Assembly (NCBI RefSeq): GCF_004010195.1
Contig: NC_057719.1
Location: 30,040,423-30,064,310, forward strand
Length of the DNA: 23,888 nt
DNA from: Chiloscyllium plagiosum
Lineage: Eukaryota
Direction of reading: 5' to 3'
The notes under the pieces were generated by a model. That model worked only from the letters and a program-made list of their open reading frames with translations. It did not search any database and was not told where the DNA came from. Within the stretch, counting starts at the first letter, position 1. Every line of letters begins with the position of its first letter. Positions 21,696 to 23,888 of this stretch are shown one piece after another. Both the position numbers and the translations under genes were made by a program.

Positions 21696-21799
21696 CTTTT
21701 CTTTCTTCCCAGGCAATTTTACTGCGATTTCTGTTTGATGAAACTTTGCTAATGCGCAGGTTTTAACTCTTGCTGAGAATAGACAACAATTCTGAGTTA

Positions 21800-23203
21800 G
21801 GTAAAAACAATGACTGCAGACGCTGGAAACCAGATTCTGGATCAGTGGTGCTGGAAGAGCACAGCAGTTCAGGCAGCATCCAGTCCACATTGGTGCCCTG
21901 GGGTTGAAGTGTTCCGAGGCGGAAGATGAGGTGTTCTTCCTCCAGGCGTCTGGTGGTGAGGGAGCGGCGGTGAAGGAAATCCAGCACCTCCATATCCTCG
22001 GCAGAGTGGGAGGGGGGGTTGAAATGTTGAGCCACTGGGCGATGTGGTTGGTTGGTGCGGGTGTCTCGGAGATGTTCCCTAAAGTGCTCTGCTAGGAGGC
22101 GTCCAGTCTCCCCAATGTAGAGGAGACCGCATCGGGAGCAACGGATACAGTAGATGATATTAGTGGATGTGCAGGTAAAACTTTGATGGATGTGGAAGGC
22201 TCCTTTAGGGCCTTGGATGGAGGTGAGGGAGGAGGTGTGGGCGCAGGTTTTGCTGTTCCTGTGGTGGTAGGGGAAGGTGCCAGGATGGGAGGGTGGGTTG
22301 TAGGGGCGCGTGGACCTGACCAGGTAGTCACGGAGGGAATGGTCTGTGTGGAAGGCGTAAAGGGGTGCGGAGGGAAATATATCCCTGGTGGGGTCTTTTT
22401 GGAGGTGGCGGAAATGTCGGCGGATGATTTGATTTATGCGAAGGTTGGTAGGGTGGAAGGTGAGCACCAGGGGGTTCTGTCCTTGTTACGGTTGGAGGGC
22501 TGGGGTCTGAGGGCGGAGGTGCGGGATATGGACGAGATGCGTTGGAGTGCATCTTTAACCACGTGGGAAGAGAAATTGCGGTCTCTAAAGAAGGAGGCCA
22601 TCTAGTGTGTTCTATGGTGGAACTGGTCCTCCTGGGAGTAGATACGGCAGAGGCAGAGGAATTGGGAAGACGGGATGGCATTTTTGCAAGAGGTAGGGTG
22701 GGAAGAGGTATAATCCAGGTAGCTGTGGGAGTTAATGGGTTTGTAAAAAATGTCAGTGTCAAATTGGTCGTCATTAATGGAGATGGAGAAGTCCAGGAAG
22801 GGGAGGGAGTTGTCAGAGATGGTCCAGGTAAATTTAAGGTCAGGGTGGAATGTGTTGGTGAAGTTGATGAATTGCTCAACCTCCTCGCGGGAGCACGAGG
22901 TGGCGCCAATACAGTCATCAATGTAGCGGAGGAAGAGGTGGGGAGTGGTGCCGGTGTAATTACAGAAGATTGTTCTACGTAGCCAACAAAGAGACAGGCA
23001 TAGCTGGGGCCCATACGTGTGCCCATGGCTACCCCTTTGGTCTGAAGGAAGTGGGAGGATTCGAAGGAGAAATTGTTAAGGGTGAGGACCAGTTCGGCCA
23101 AACGAATGAGTGTATCGGTAGAAGGGTACTGTTGGGGACGTCGGGAGAGGAAAAACGGAGGGCTTGGAGGCCCTGGTCATGGCGGATGGAGGTGTAGAGG
23201 GAT
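21800..23203 (-). mobile_element. Penelope-like retroelement, 3' part (RT core plus GIY-YIG endonuclease), disrupted
   Basis: SLYTSIRH, LVLTLNNFSF...QTKGVAMGTRMGPSYACLF, RYIDD (YIDD at 22914-22925), FTCTSTNIIYCIRCSRCGLLYIGETGR..EH (GIY-YIG). Contains frameshifts. The Cys-containing linker suggests the Neptune group. Confidence 0.93.
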
Positions 23204-23888
23204 CCTTCATCCCCCTCCGTCCACACATCAATGAATTTAATACACGCCGTGATGTCGAACACTTCTTCCTTCGCCTCCAAGCTTACTTTCACAATCAGGA
23301 CTCCCGCCCACCTTCCAAGGACCCCTTTGCCCACCTCCAACTCACTGCATCCACCTGGACACCCCACGCTGGCCTATTACCTGCCCTCGACCTCTTTATT
23401 TCCAACTGCTGCTGGGACATTAACCGCCTCAACCTGTCTACCCCCCTCCCCCACTCCAACCTCTCACCCTCACAATGCGCAACCCTCCAATCCGTCTGCT
23501 CCAATCCCAACCTCATCATACAAGCCAACAGATAAAGGGGGCGCAGTGGTAGTCTGGCACACTGACCTCTACACCGCTGAAGCCAAACGCCAACTCGAGG
23601 ACACCCCTTCCTACCGCCCCCTTGACCATGACCCCACACCCCATCACCAAACCATCATCTGCCAGACCATACAGAACCTCATCACCTCAGGAGATCTCCC
23701 ACCCACAGCTTCCAACCTCATAGTCTGGGAACCCCGCACTGCCCGGTTCTACCTCCTTCCCAAGATCCACAAGCCTGACCACCCTGGCCGACCCATTGTC
23801 TCAGCATGCTCCTGCCCCACTGAACTCAACTCTACCTACCTCGACACTGTCCTAGCCCCCCTAGTCCAGGAACTCCCCACATACATTC
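23204..23888 (+). mobile_element. Penelope-like retroelement, 5' part of the RT ORF in inverted orientation (continues past the window)
   Basis: FIPLRPH...NLSPSQ..LQS..SNPNLII/KPTDKGGAVVVW...FYLLPKIHKPDHPGRPIVS...ELPTYI, the PLE RT N-terminal motifs. Confidence 0.92.

Noticed and set aside
22183..23639. Several Gly/Val-rich ORFs opposite the PLE frames
   Set aside because: Antisense shadows of the C-rich PLE coding strand.

Overview
This is vertebrate intron/exon DNA, most likely from a cartilaginous fish (shark); that assignment is inferred from the repeat repertoire. The + strand carries the last six coding exons of reticulon-1 (RTN1), which encode the reticulon homology domain (RHD). The exons are 208, 139, 70, 47, 59 and 43 nt, all introns are GT-AG, and the phases are compatible; the 5' exons lie upstream of the window. 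The introns hold mostly CR1 and L2 LINE fragments, SINEs and Penelope-like element (PLE) derivatives. Downstream of the probable poly(A) signal is a disrupted PLE (RT plus GIY-YIG) whose 5' part is inverted in a twin-priming-like geometry. The most notable items are: a TSD-flanked fold-back mini-PLE with two hammerhead-ribozyme-like cores; further decayed hammerhead-like relics; a 74-nt CR1 tail with a perfect 49-bp target duplication; and two candidate unannotated RTN1 exons, one with an overlapping stop/start TGATG and one a possible alternative last exon. I found no convincing wholly new protein-coding system. Repeat boundaries were estimated by eye.
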